Notes: generated from the letters alone by a model not told the origin. Counted from the first letter of the whole stretch, positions 36,557 through 50,508 are shown. The stretch is DNA of 63,803 nucleotides, filler included, from Octopus bimaculoides (GCF_001194135.2; 11 parts of 11 records of this genome joined end to end with filler, not necessarily neighbours in it); one strand, 5' to 3'. Numbers and translations are program-made.

Positions 36557-36823
36557 CTTATATGTGTGTGTGAGTTTATGTGGGTGTGTGAGGTTATGTG
36601 AGTGTGTGTGTAATAATGTGTAATAATTTATAAGTATATATATCAATCGCTAAGTGGTGTTTCAGTGTTAGTGTGAGGGTATACGTGAATGTGTGTGTGT
36701 GTATGTGTGCGTATGTGTGTGTGTGCGTGTGTGCGTGTGTGTGTGTAACAGCAAGAGAAAAAGAGAGTAAAAGAGTGAGATAAGCAGAGCGTAAGAGAGA
36801 CAGAAAGAGGAAGAAAGATAAAG

Positions 36824-36862
<39 letters not shown>

Positions 36863-37244
36863 AATGACACCTAATTTGTGCGTGTGTGTGTCCGTGTGTG
36901 CACGCGGATCTGAGCGTACATGTCTCTGTCTGTGTGAGTATGTATACGTGTTTGATACTATGTCATTTTTTGGATCTCTGTGTGGTGATGCTTGTTTCCA
37001 CGAGTGTGTCTTTGATAAAATATTTTTGGGTACCAATGAAGGTAATTATGTATACTGTGAATACGTGAGGGTGTATACGTGAGTAATAGTGGTTGCGGAT
37101 GTGTGCGCGAGTGTGTGTCCTATTATGCCCCGTGTTAACGATAGGGTTTCTGTAAAGACTCTATGTGTCTGTGTGTCTGTGTGTATGACAGTTGCTCACC
37201 TTTTCTCACCTTGTTTCTGTCACTCTTTGTACGCGTGTGTACAC

Positions 37245-37284
<40 letters not shown>

Positions 37285-37564
37285 NNNNNNNNNNNNNNNN
37301 NNNNNNNNNNNNNNNNNNNNNNNNNNNNNNNNNNNNNNNNNNNNNNNNNNNNNNNNNNNNNNNNNNNNNNNNNNNNNNNNNNNNNNNNNNNNNNNNNNNN
37401 NNNNNNNNNNNNNNNNNNNNNNNNNNNNNNNNNNNNNNNNNNNNNNNNNNNNNNNNNNNNNNNNNNNNNNNNNNNNNNNNNNNNNNNNNNNNNNNNNNNN
37501 NNNNNNNNNNNNNNNNNNNNNNNNNNNNNNNNNNNNNNNNNNNNNNNNNNNNNNNNNNNNNNNN

Positions 37565-37612
<48 letters not shown>

Positions 37613-37903
37613 ATACGTGTGTATGTGTGTGTCTTTGTGTGTGTGCGTGGGTCCTCGTGCTCGCCCTCCCACCGCTTACGTACTGGTGTTGGTCTATTTA
37701 CGTTCCCGTAGTTTAGCCATTGGGCAGACCAGAGAAGAACAAGTACCAGCTGCAAAAACAAACAAAAAAAATTATGAATTTGGGTTTATTTATTCGATTA
37801 AAACTTTCCAGACGGTGCTCCAGCATGACCTCAGTCGAATGACTGAAACAAGAAAATGAATAAAAGAATATACGTACATGCGTGTGTGTGTATGTGTGTG
37901 TAT

Positions 37904-37937
<34 letters not shown>

Positions 37938-38636
37938 TCCTATGTATGACGTGTGTGATTCTGGCGGACGGTCAGTATATTAACTTCTCTTCCTCCCCTG
38001 TAATATTGTCATTCAGTCTCCATTCTCCGGCCGATCCCCCACTCCCTCTTTTAAGCATACACATAAACACACATACACAAACACATACGCAAACACGCAC
38101 AAACAAACGTACATGCTCACGAATACACTTTAGTACACATAACACATACACACACACACATACTGACGCGCACACGCGCCCGCGCGCGCTTACACACAGC
38201 ACGCATAGAGGCGGATGCACACGAAAAAGTCGCGCACAATTGCACTTCACTCAAACATATCCATCTCTCGTTCCTTCACTCTTATATACGCACACACACA
38301 TACACATACACTATTTATTTATATACATATATGTATATAAATGGATACCGTCTCACATGTCTGCGAATGCATGTATGCTTGAGACACACATATCACACAC
38401 ACTCACACAAACACACACCTAAACACTCACATATAAACACACAGATACATATGTAAATGATCATTACTTATCAGCGGTATCGGGCAAAGCGGGTGTGTGT
38501 GGCTTTGTCTGTGTGTGCGCCACAACGTATATGTACTTGTAAATGTATTGCATTTCTTCGATATTCTCTGTGATAGTTTATGCTCTCTTAACCCCTGTGT
38601 GTCGCTGATTCAGCAGACCTCCAGATAATAACATCG

Positions 38637-38840
38637 TCAGCGAGCTGGCAGAATCGTTAGCGCGCTTGACGCTGTACTTCACCCGTTGCTACATTCCGAG
38701 TTCAAATTCCGTCGAGGTCAAATTTACCTTTCATACTTTCGGGGTCGATAAAACAGGTACCAGTTGAACGCTGCGGCTGATGTCCTCGACTCATCTCCTC
38801 CCACAAAATTGCTGCCCTTGCGGTAAAATTTGAAACCATT
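38637..38840 (+). mobile_element. SINE family B, diverged
   Basis: GCGAGCTGGCAGAATCGTTAGC..GAGTTCAAATTCCG..TTTCGGGGTCGATAAAACAGGTACCAG. Confidence 0.75.
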
Positions 38841-39307
38841 ATTTTATGTCTGTAATACTGTATTTTATCCTGCATTAGGAACTATAGCAGTTTTTATTTA
38901 AAGAGGAAAGGTGGGATTTGTGGTGACCGTCGCGCACCGGTTGATTTCTCTTGCAAGCTGAATAACCTCCAAGATGTCCTTTAGTGGGACGTGTCTGTGC
39001 TTTTGTATTTCATCTTTTATTTTCGCTGTCTCTCATTTGTTTCAGTCACAGTATTGTGGCCATGCTGGGGTATCACCTTGAGAAGTTTAGTCTGACAAAC
39101 GCATCCTAGTACTTGACTTTTCTAAGTTTGGTACTTACCTTTCGGGTATCTTTTGCCATTAAATTACCGATAGGTAAACAAACCGACGCTAGTTATCAAG
39201 CGGAAGGAACAAACATAAACAGAAACAGAAACACACGCACGCGCACACAAACACACACACACACACACGCACACACACACATATACACATTCATACGCAC
39301 ACATACG

Positions 39308-39349
<42 letters not shown>

Positions 39350-39737
39350 NNNNNNNNNNNNNNNNNNNNNNNNNNNNNNNNNNNNNNNNNNNNNNNNNNN
39401 NNNNNNNNNNNNNNNNNNNNNNNNNNNNNNNNNNNNNNNNNNNNNNNNNNNNNNNNNNNNNNNNNNNNNNNNNNNNNNNNNNNNNNNNNNNNNNNNNNNN
39501 NNNNNNNNNNNNNNNNNNNNNNNNNNNNNNNNNNNNNNNNNNNNNNNNNNNNNNNNNNNNNNNNNNNNNNNNNNNNNNNNNNNNNNNNNNNNNNNNNNNN
39601 NNNNNNNNNNNNNNNNNNNNNNNNNNNNNNNNNNNNNNNNNNNNNNNNNNNNNNNNNNNNNNNNNNNNNNNNNNNNNNNNNNNNNNNNNNNNNNNNNNNN
39701 NNNNNNNNNNNNNNNNNNNNNNNNNNNNNNNNNNNNN

Positions 39738-39772
<35 letters not shown>

Positions 39773-42264
39773 TCCATCTACTGAATTTACATATAAAGCG
39801 TTGGTTAGCCCGGAGCTGTAACAGAGGAAACTCCCCAAGGAACCGCACAGTGTGACTGAACCAGAAACCATGTGCTTGCAAAGCACTTCTTAATACAGCA
39901 GTCATGCTTTCGCCTATCTATTATGTATGTATTTTGCTATTCGATTATCTTTTTAGTGGTTGCTAGCATTGGAATTACAGCCATGTTGGTGTACCACCTG
40001 AAATTTTTTTGACTCTATTAAACCCCGTACTTTATTCTAGGCAGTGGCGCATCTGCATCGTGTGTCGCCAGGGGCAGATCTTGTATTTTCCCCATTACGG
40101 CCAACGCAGTCTATACAGCTCATACAACAGTTCCGTAAGTGCTGCCTCCATGGAAACGTTGACTGAGACAGATCAGCCCTTTGTCTCCCTGTTGCTATTC
40201 TACTGGCACTCAGGTATATCTCTTTCTCTAATGGTCCAACAACAGACAAAATCCAACGACTGGATTCAGTAATATGGATAGTATTGTATGTCTGGGAGTA
40301 TGAGTGATTTTATGTCTATATTTTGAATATTTTCTGTATCCAGATGTGTGTGTGTGAGTGTCTGTGTATGTTTCTGTGTATCTGTTCGTGTGCACCTATA
40401 TGTGTTTTTAGTTAGCATTCGATTGTGTATTTATATTTGTGTAAGTATGAGTGAATGTGTACACATGTGGGAATCTATTAGAACGTTATTACTTTTATGG
40501 TTGTATATGTGCATTTATGGAGTATTAATATATGCCAAGGGACCTAGTGGTTAAGGTGATCCGCTCACAATCATTATATCGTGGGTTGAATTCTCGGATC
40601 GGGCAGCGCGCTGTGTCCTTGAGCATGGCATTTCATTTCGCATTGTCACATCTAAAAATAAGTGTCAATTGAGTGTTGGAACTCCTCTCCTTGTTTGCCA
40701 GCTGATGTATCCTGGATATGCCACTTGGAGAGTGATGATAGTCTTATCTGCTCGCAACTACAAATTCATCTAAAACGATGAGCGAATGCACAGTACATCT
40801 TACCAAGCTATACTCGTCTGCGAGTGTGTGTATATTTGTGTGTGTATGTGCTTGTGAGTGTATGTGAGGTTGTGTATGAGTGTGTCTTCTTCGATCTCTC
40901 AGAAATATCTTGGTTATTGTGCATGTATATCTGTGTATCTGAGACATTTATGCGCCATGTTGCTTTTCTACACGCTCTTCATTGTGTATATGTACTAGTG
41001 AGATAAGAAAATATATCATACATCATTAAGTACCGCCAATTTCAATGCGTTATGCTGTTTTCATTGATATATGTATACATATATAAGTATATTTGTGCGT
41101 ACGTGTGAAATTCCGTTTACATTTAGTTAATATCTCATTAGGCTGTGTATTCGACTAACGCTTTTGTTTCTGAAGCATGTATATATTGAGTATCACTACA
41201 TACATATTGAGGTTATAACACACATGCTGAACTACACCAGCGGCTAATATAGAATTGTTTTCTCAAAGTCAGTATTATTTTTAAATAGACATACACCACC
41301 GGATTAATAACATGATTGAGACCAATAATAGGTACCGGGTTTATGTGTATGACGCACTACAAAGGAAAAGAAAATAAGAAATAATTGATTATATTTATAT
41401 ATCGGTACAACATGATTGAATGATCAAGAAATCTGCTTCGCATCCACGAAGTGCTTTATTGGACAAATGCTATTTTCTGTAGCTTTGGTTCCACCCAAAT
41501 TGTGTAAATAAAAATTGTTAGCAGATACTATTCTTAGTTAAGTCCTATAAGGAAAAAGGAATTTAAAAGTTCCTAGTATATTTGTATGAATTAATATTAG
41601 GAAATCTTGTTCCCCAAGACCGATTTTTCGGCTGATTGCATTCACTTTTGCCTACAAAATGCATTAGCAAACATTTTAAATCATTGATTTATGTTAAAAG
41701 ATAACCATCTTACACAACAATATATTTTATACAATCTATACTTCAAATAACATCCAAATATCTCTTAATCTCTTTCTGTTATGTGTAACTATTTATTTCA
41801 CATTTGCTTGTAAATCCAGCAGATAAACTTAAACATTTACAGCTCTATGTTATTATTCTTCATACTCTCCCTGTCTCTCTCTCCCTCCCATCCCCCCTCT
41901 CTTTCTTTATTTCTCTCACCCCTCCCTCTCTGTCACTCACTTATAATGTATGTGTGTCTGTGGGCCCGTGTGCTCGCGTGAGTAGGTTTTATGCTTCAGT
42001 TCAAAACTTCATACATTTTTACCTTTTTAACTTTTACTTGTTTCAAGCATTTGACTGGCGCCATGCTGGGGTACTGCCTTGAGGAATTTTTAGTTGAATG
42101 AATCCACTCCAGTACATCTTGTTAACCTAGTACTTATTCTGTCAGTCTTTTGCTGAACCGTTAAGTTACAGGGCTGTAAATACACCAACAGCCGTTGTCA
42201 AGTGGTGGTGGGGGACGAACAGAGATACAAATACGACTTACGAATGCACACACACACACACACA

Positions 42265-42303
<39 letters not shown>

Positions 42304-45300
42304 AAACAAAGAGGGCTTCCGTCTACCAAATCCATTCATAAAGGANNNNNNNNNNNNNNNNNNNNNNNNNNNNNNNNNNNNNNNNNNNNNNNNNNNNNNN
42401 NNNNNNNNNNNNNNNNNNNNNNNNNNNNNNNNNNNNNNNNNNNNNNNNNNNNNNNNNNNNNNNNNNNNNNNNNNNNNNNNNNNNNNNNNNNNNNNNNNNN
42501 NNNNNNNNNNNNNNNNNNNNNNNNNNNNNNNNNNNNNNNNNNNNNNNNNNNNNNNNNNNNNNNNNNNNNNNNNNNNNNNNNNNNNNNNNNNNNNNNNNNN
42601 NNNNNNNNNNNNNNNNNNNNNNNNNNNNNNNNNNNNNNNNNNNNNNNNNNNNNNNNNNNNNNNNNNNNNNNNNNNNNNNNNNNNNNNNATATATATATAT
42701 ATATATATATATATATACGTATTGAATCCATTAATCGTCACGTCTTTCTCCATTACTCCTTTCTATGCTTCAAATAAAATATTGATCTATAACAGAATGT
42801 ATGTGGGCAACAAAGCTAAAACCATAATTCTCATAAACATACCATCTTGCCATGAAACCTTAATTACACTCCCCACCTTTCCGATATTTTTTAATTATAC
42901 CTTGAGACCATATAATTAAGCAATTTTATAATTTTTATAGACTTGTTTCTTTTCTGTCTTAAATACTAAAGTCTTCATACCTCACAATTATTTTTAGAAA
43001 AATATAAACAACAGAAAACATTATATACATTAGTAGCACATATACTTTTAATACTTTTTATATAAAATAAGTTTCCTTGCAACATAACACGTGATCATGA
43101 TTTGAAGTTTTTAATAATCTCTGACTATTAGAAATCAATCTGAAGATTTTCTTTTACAGCTTAGCAGCTTACTTATTCTTAATATCAAATCATATTCTAA
43201 AATGCATACCATGTGATTATAATTTGGTAATCTTAACAGCACATTAATCTTGTGTCTAAATCCACAGTCATTCTTCTCACTCTTAATTTTTTTCTGCTAC
43301 AATATGTTTTCTCTATAACTCTCATACCACATTTCTACATTACACACACAAATCCGGAGAGATATACATCATCTGACAGCTTTCCTGCTTTAAACTTCTA
43401 AATACTCTCAATTTATCAACCATAGCCATGCTTAAATACTAGGAAAAAATTTCTTATTTTATTTTCATTTCGGGGATATTGTACTCATAACTGCTACGTG
43501 CCCGCGCATTTCCCCATTAATAATACATCATATCGCATTTTTGTATTGTTATATCTATTCAACAATGCCATATTCTTAAAAAACATAGATCGAGATATCC
43601 AGACCAAATACTTTTGTCGAATCATGTATGTATGCTACATCTATTTTAAATATCTTAACTATAGTTATTTCAGCTATACAGACATCTTTCATTATCTCTG
43701 AAAAATACTAACAACATGTCATAATTGATACATTTCTATTAATAATCAGAAATACAAAACCTCACTCCATTTAACCGCTATATACTAAAATCTATTTTTC
43801 CAGCTTCAAAAAGGAAAAAATAAAACCGAAAATCTCAACAATTTCTCAAATTATCCCAATATAAATTTGTGTAGTACAGAAAATACAAGTGAACAATACA
43901 GTGCTGTTACAAATTTAGATTTAGTCTTAATGAGACTGAGTAATCAGTTTTGTAAGTACGAACTGTTAATATGTAGTTTAGTTCCTTACAGAGCCAGCCT
44001 CATAGTTAAACCTGGAGCAAGTTATTTTGTTGTCATGTACACAACGTGGGACACTGTGAAAGGACAAAGTTCCATGGTACGGGTCATAGAAAATGGAAGA
44101 AGACAAGCTGTAGCAAGTGTTAGAGTTTAACGGATTGCTTTTTGCTGAAGCCAGTAATTTGCAATTTGTTGGATAATGACAAACGCACTATAGTCACGTA
44201 CTTATTTCAAAATAATGGTAATTCATCTTTTGCAGATGGCACCAGATAACGAAGTCTTCGGCAACATGAAACAAATGCTCTATCCATGTGATGTTCGAAT
44301 GGAGAGACTTGTTTCAGGAGAATATTTCATCATTGAGATGTTGAATATCAAGAAGAGTTCCTCAACAATAATGGCCACTGGATATCGAACCTTATTTCTT
44401 TGAAGAAATTTGTCTTGCGAAGGTTATACTCATTTGCATAACTGAAATATATTCATCTAATCTCTCATTTAACAGTGAAAGCTGTTTTAGTGGATCTATG
44501 TCTAAACACTCGAGAGTCTCGGTTTTTGAAAACAAAACGTATAACTATATAGATATTCGGTTTTAAAACAATTTCAAAATATTCTCGTTGTATTCAGCTG
44601 TTAATGTTCTGTGTAATAACTATGCAGATTAACAGGTTACGATTATATGAAACCCATAACTTTAAACACGCTCTTATGGATTAATAGCTTGGATATGTGT
44701 CTGCTGCAGTAACACGCGAGAAATGCAGGTCTGACAGCACGGCCGAGAACGCTTCCAAACGAAACTAAACTAAACTATGCTAACTTAACCAGAGTTGACC
44801 CCATGATATGTGCCAAATCAACCGTTTTGAGTAACAAATTGAATACCAAAAGTAGATTGTTGTATCTTACACTCATATCACTACACGCAATGTCCTCAAG
44901 ATTTCCTAGCGGTTCCATTATGTATTTTAAGTTGCTGAATTGAGAATAAAGAACGAAAACGACACGATCCGAAGAAATTGTGTGAGAGTTAACATTATAT
45001 GTATTTATCTATTTATTCATTTTTACTTAAACCTACTTCCTTCAATGAATCATATTGAATCAAGTAGAGAGAGGCTTGAGACAGTCAGCTCTCCTCATTG
45101 CACCAATGATATCATGCAACAAAATGCACTTTCTAAACAGCAGATAGGATATTTGTTTTGAGTTGGGAACCCCTTCGTTAACATTACAATTATTAGTAAA
45201 CTTACAAGTGTGTAACGCATGGAAGCTCTTCTAATATGTCTGCTCTTTTAATATTGTACATTATATTTTCATGATTTCACGTAAAAAATAAATAAGGTGT

Positions 45301-45608
45301 TCTCCATATCCATATATTTGTGTTTCTCCGTTTCTTAACTTCGGAAGAGTCATTCTTATCATAGCTCCAACGATTCACAAGTTGATGACAGGTACCTTGC
45401 ATAAATAGATAGCAGCCAACGACAATACACAGATAAACAAATATATATACACGCTTTGAAGATAAACTTGACTGTGCGAAAAGAAATGTACTTCCTAAGG
45501 ACATGACTGCGGCTTCAGTCCTACTGCATAACACCTTGGGCAACTGTATTCCAGGACCGACCAAAAATTTGTGAGTGGATTTGGATAAGGAAACCAAAAG
45601 GATCCATC

Positions 45609-45641
<33 letters not shown>

Positions 45642-45977
45642 NNNNNNNNNNNNNNNNNNNNNNNNNNNNNNNNNNNNNNNNNNNNNNNNNNNNNNNNNNN
45701 NNNNNNNNNNNNNNNNNNNNNNNNNNNNNNNNNNNNNNNNNNNNNNNNNNNNNNNNNNNNNNNNNNNNNNNNNNNNNNNNNNNNNNNNNNNNNNNNNNNN
45801 NNNNNNNNNNNNNNNNNNNNNNNNNNNNNNNNNNNNNNNNNNNNNNNNNNNNNNNNNNNNNNNNNNNNNNNNNNNNNNNNNNNNNNNNNNNNNNNNNNNN
45901 NNNNNNNNNNNNNNNNNNNNNNNNNNNNNNNNNNNNNNNNNNNNNNNNNNNNNNNNNNNNNNNNNCACACACACGAG

Positions 45978-46212
45978 CTGGCGGCGAGCTGGCAGAAACG
46001 TTAGCACGCCGGGCGAAATGCTTGGCGGTATTTCGTCTGCCACTACGTACTGAGTTCAAATTCCGCCGAGGTCGACTTTGCCTTTCATCCTTTCGGGGTC
46101 GATTAAATAAGTACCAGTTACGCACTGGGGTCGATATAATCGACTTAATCCGTTTTTCTGTCCTTGTTTGTCCCCTCTGCGTGTAGCCCCTTGTGGGTAG
46201 TAAAGAAATAGC
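45978..46212 (+). mobile_element. Young full-length SINE family B with Tx1-like tail
   Basis: GGCGGCGAGCTGGCAGAAACGTTAGCACGCCGGGCG..GTCGACTTTGCCTTTCATCCTTTCGGGGTCG..GTAGCCCCTTGTGGGTAGTAAAGAAATA. Confidence 0.88.
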
Positions 46213-46359
46213 ACACACACACACACACACAACAAGTGAGCGATAGAATACCGATCTATTCGAGTATTCATAAGGCTGAAGTCTTATGACTGAAGAAAGG
46301 GTAAACCATATATGTATACATATATATTCTTTATCTTTTCTTAACAATGTATGAATGTT

Positions 46360-46391
<32 letters not shown>

Positions 46392-47029
46392 CCTATCTGT
46401 TTGATAGATAGAATGAAGGAAAAGAGAGTTGTTAATTATGAAGTGAGGATAATTGGGTCCCTGAAGGTGGCTTGTTCCTCCTCACAACTAAGAACCCTAC
46501 TAGCCTGTAAATTTCTCTGATCTGGTTAAATGTACATTATTTTGGCAAATTCATTCCGTCAACTAAAATGGTAGCAGAATCAGCGAAAATGTTTTGCTCT
46601 GTGGATTTTAAAATATGTTAAATCATTTGAAATGAGGAAAAGGGTGTCTTTATAATGATATAACGTACTCCTTAATCAATTAAAAGAGTCGTTAGAAACG
46701 GTCTTAATGAATTGACACCTGTCTTTCAATTGTTATTCATATTTTATTCAACTATCCCGGAATATGCCCTTCACAAATTTTTAAGTATATTATGGACTGT
46801 ATATTTAATAAAATGTACATGTCTGAATAGCTCAAGAACGGATTATATACCCAACTGGGTCAAGTTGTGTGCAGGCACTACAAGAATATCATTCTACCGG
46901 TACTTCTTTCCCATAGTTGATATTTACATAATACTGTTGAGTCTGTATATTATTCCGACCTTACGAGGTGCCTCAACTTAAGTGTCTAATTCAAACAAAT
47001 CTTACTTATACTATATATATATTTACTCT

Positions 47030-47424
47030 TTTATTCTTTTACTTGTTTCTGTCATGTGATTTCAGCCATGCTGGAGCGCTGCCTTTGGTCGTGCAGATTG
47101 ACCCTAGGAGTTATTCTTTGTGAGCCGAGTATTTATTCCATTGGCCTTATTTGCCGAACTGCTAAATTTCGGGTACGTAAACATACCAACATCTGTTGTC
47201 AAGCGATGGCGCGAGGACACACACAGACACACACTCATAAATATATACATATATCTATATATATATATATATATACGACGGACCTCTTTCAGTTTCCTTC
47301 TATGAAACCCGCTCACAAGACATTGGTTGGCTCGAGGTCTAAAGTGCCACGCAGTAGAACTGAACCCGGAACCATGTGGTTTGGAAGTGAGCTTCTTACC
47401 GCACAGCTACGTCTTCGCTTCGCC
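47030..47424 (-). mobile_element. Full-length bipartite SINE family A, diverged
   Basis: Both halves are present around an internal CA/TA microsatellite. Confidence 0.75.
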
Positions 47425-47452
47425 TATAGCTTGTTACAACAAACCACGCCCG

Positions 47453-47522
<70 letters not shown>

Positions 47523-48202
47523 ATAAACTTACTTGGAAATGGATGCGTGGCGTTCAAACATATAATAATATAAATAAAATATGTATGAATATATGGATAT
47601 ACACATGCTAGAAATAAGGAGTAGATGGACAGCTGACAACTGATGAAGGGTCGTTTTTATGTTACTTGTCTTCTTTTCCATTTGTTTCTCTCGTTGTTCG
47701 CATACCAAAGTTTGTCTTCGTATTTTATGTTGTTTACTCTCTGTGACGTACTGTACACATATATGCATATATATANNNNNNNNNNNNNNNNNNNNNNNNN
47801 NNNNNNNNNNNNNNNNNNNTTAATTAATTAANNNNNNNNNNNNNNNNNNNNNNNNNNNNNNNNNNNNNNNNNNNNCTGGTGTTGCCATCCGGTTTCACCA
47901 GTCCTCAGTCAAATCGTCCAACCCATGCTAGCATGGAAAGCGGACGTTAAACGATGATGATGATACTACATCATCAATGAAGTCAAATATATTTTCCCGT
48001 TCCTTCCCGATATTTGTATTTTTAATTATGTTCTGGTTGTGTGTGTGTGTGTGTGTGTGATTTTTTGTTTTGCTTTTTTGTTAAGGCACATATCCTTGAA
48101 CTAACCCAAGAATTCCAAACCCAAAAAGGTTGGAATTAATGCGGGAGAACACCTCATCCAATGACCTACCAGTTCCATTAATCCAGCACTCTGGCTTGGT
48201 AT

Positions 48203-48606
48203 TACTCTTTTACTTGTTTCAGTCATTTGACTGCGGCCATGCTGGAGCACCGCCTTTAGTCGAGCAAATCGACCCCAGGACTTATTCTTTGTAAGTCTAG
48301 TACTTATTCTATCGGTCTCTTTTGCCGAACCGCTAAGTTACGGGGATGTAAACACACCAGCATCGGTTGTCAAGCGATGTTGGGGAGGACAAACACAGAC
48401 ACACAAACACACACACACATATATATATACATATATATATATACGATGGGCTTCTTTCAGTTTCCGTCTACTAAATCCACTCACAAGGCTTTGGTCGGCC
48501 CAGGGCTATAGTAGAAGACACTTGCCCAAGGTACCACGTAGTGGGACTGAACCCAGAACCATGTGGCTGGTAAGCAAGCTACTTACCACACAGCCACTCC
48601 TGCGCC
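48203..48606 (-). mobile_element. Full-length bipartite SINE family A
   Basis: tRNA-like head, 5' body, internal (TA)n(TG)n, 3' body (ACAACCGATGCTGGTGTGTTTAC..GGTGCTCCAGCATGGCCGCAGTCAAATGACTGAAACAAG) and TAAAAGAG tail. Confidence 0.88.
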
Positions 48607-48892
48607 TATATATTATATATCAAATCTATAAAAAGATGAGAAGCAAAAATGTTCTGGTTGAGTTTGAACTTACAGTACATTTTGTTCTATGCTCTAATAA
48701 TTCTACTGTTAACACTTTTAATAGCAACTGTCTGAAACCACTTTTGGTTCTATGATTTAAATATCCCATTTTAAATTAATCTAAATTAAAACCTTTCATC
48801 ATAATTTCATGTTAATTGTTATACCAGTTTAATAATGACAGAATTATTTTAGTTATTCGTTATTCACGAAATTAATTGAGACAAAGATAATG

Positions 48893-49206
48893 AATTGAGA
48901 GGGAGAGAGAGAGAGAGAAAGTGAGTGGTAGAAAAAGAGAGTAAAACTGAGAATTGAAGAGAGAAAAGAGAGAGAAAGGACAGGAGCAAGAGAGAGGGAG
49001 GGAGAGAGAGAGAGTGAGAGAAAGTGAGTGGTACAAAAAGAGAGTAAAACTGAGAATTGAAGAGAGAAAAGAGAGAGAAAGGACAGGAGCAAGAGAAAGG
49101 GAGGGAGAGAGAGAGAGAAAGTGAGTGGTACAAAAAGAGAGTAAAACTGAGAATTGAAGAGAGAAAAGAGAGAGAAAGGACAGGACAAGAGCAAGAGAGA
49201 GGGAGG

Positions 49207-49245
<39 letters not shown>

Positions 49246-49260
49246 AAGCAAGAAAAGGAA
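48893..49260. repeat. Purine-rich tandem repeat, three units of about 110 bp
   Basis: GAAAGTGAGTGGTA(G/C)AAAAAGAGAGTAAAACTGAGAATTGAAGAGAGAAAAGAGAGAGAAAGGACAGGA occurs three times, separated by (GA)n. Confidence 0.9.
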
Positions 49261-49473
49261 GCAAGAACCAAAGTGGTAGAATGAAAGAAGGAGAATGAGA
49301 GGGAGACAATTAGAAATGAAACAGAGAGAGAGAGGAAGAAAGAAAAAGAAACAGAGAGAGAGAGACAGAGAAAGAAGCAGTGAGAGATAGAGAGAGAAAA
49401 ATAACAGAAAGAAATGGATAGAGAGAGAAATTAAAAACTAAATGAAAATTCAATAAACACACAGGGAACTTAC

Positions 49474-49764
49474 CCACAACTGACAAGATGGCAGTCAGAG
49501 ATGTCCGTGTTTGCGGTAAAGTGTAATTATTGAAGGCGACACAGAAATATTCCCCAGAATCGTCATAGCGTACACTCTCAAATTTCAAATCCCAGTCACT
49601 ATCTTCTGGCAGGGAGTCAGAATTGAAGTCCATCTTTTTATTGTCCTTGTACCATGTGACTGTAGCTGGCGGCACACTGTGGGGTGGACTGCATGCTAGT
49701 TTGGCATGGTCTCCTAACTGAACGGTCATGTCTTCGGGTTCCTTGTTAAATTCATGTAATAGCA
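49474..49764 (-). CDS. Internal exon encoding one I-set Ig domain of a Robo-like neural adhesion or guidance receptor
   Basis: Acceptor CTTTGATTCATTTCAG, donor G|GTAAGT, 291 bp, phase 1-1. LLHEFNKEPEDMTVQLGDHAKLACSPPHSVPPATVTWYKD..LKFESVRYDDSGEYFCVAFN..TAILSVV has the canonical C, W and DxGxYxC. The CxPPxxxP motif recalls Robo Ig2, but the family is not certain. Confidence 0.9.
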
Positions 49765-49902
49765 CTGAAATGAATCAAAGAATCTTGGATAAAACAAATA
49801 TTGGACAATAACAGCAACAAGATCCTCAAGTATGTATCATATTTCATGTACATATGTCATTGAAGAAGCAATTTGCAGTTGTATTCAGCCATATGAGTCC
49901 TA

Positions 49903-50310
49903 TACTCTTTACTCCTTTACTCTTTTACTTGTTTCAGTCATTTGACTACGGCCATGCTGGAGCACTGCCTTTAGTCGAGCAAATCGACCCCAGAACTTAT
50001 TCTTTTTGAAGCCTAGTACTTATTCTATCGGTCTCTTTTGCCAAACCGCTAAGTTACGGGGACGTAAACACACCAGCATCGGTTGTTAAGCGATGCTGGG
50101 GGGACACACAAACACACACATACACATATATATTTATACATATATACGACAGGCTTCTTTCAGTTTCCGTCTACCAAATCCACTCACAAGGCTTTGGGTC
50201 GGCCCAAAGCTATAGTAGAAGACTCTTACCTAAGGTGCCATGCAGTGGGACTGAACCCAAACCATGTGGTTGGTAAGCAAGCTACTTACCACACAGCCAC
50301 TCCTGCACCT
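49903..50310 (-). mobile_element. Full-length bipartite SINE family A
   Basis: Very similar to 48203-48606, with a tail of repeated TAAAAGAG-like units. Confidence 0.88.
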
Positions 50311-50475
50311 ATGTGTACAGCAAATCCTACTTTTTTTCTGTTGAGGGCTTATAGACTATTTACCTTAGTCAATGCGCAGTGATCGCTTATAAATTTTAAG
50401 CTTATAAATATAATTATTATCATTTACTGAAGTATAAAATTTGGCAACGTTTATTAAGTAATCACAGAAAAGAAA

Positions 50476-50507
<32 letters not shown>

Positions 50508-50508
<1 letters not shown>

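Noticed and set aside
40040-40140. Plus-strand AG..GTAAGT bounded 94-bp segment
   Set aside because: It begins CAGTGGCGCAT..GCCAGGGGCAG, which looks like a hAT-MITE terminus, and no frame gives a recognisable peptide.
47630-47660. Isolated CTGATGA motifs here and at about 57435 and 58155
   Set aside because: No stem II and GAAA partner at a suitable distance.
48893-49260. Regularly spaced repeats as a CRISPR array
   Set aside because: Eukaryotic context, head-to-tail units without unique spacers, and no cas genes.
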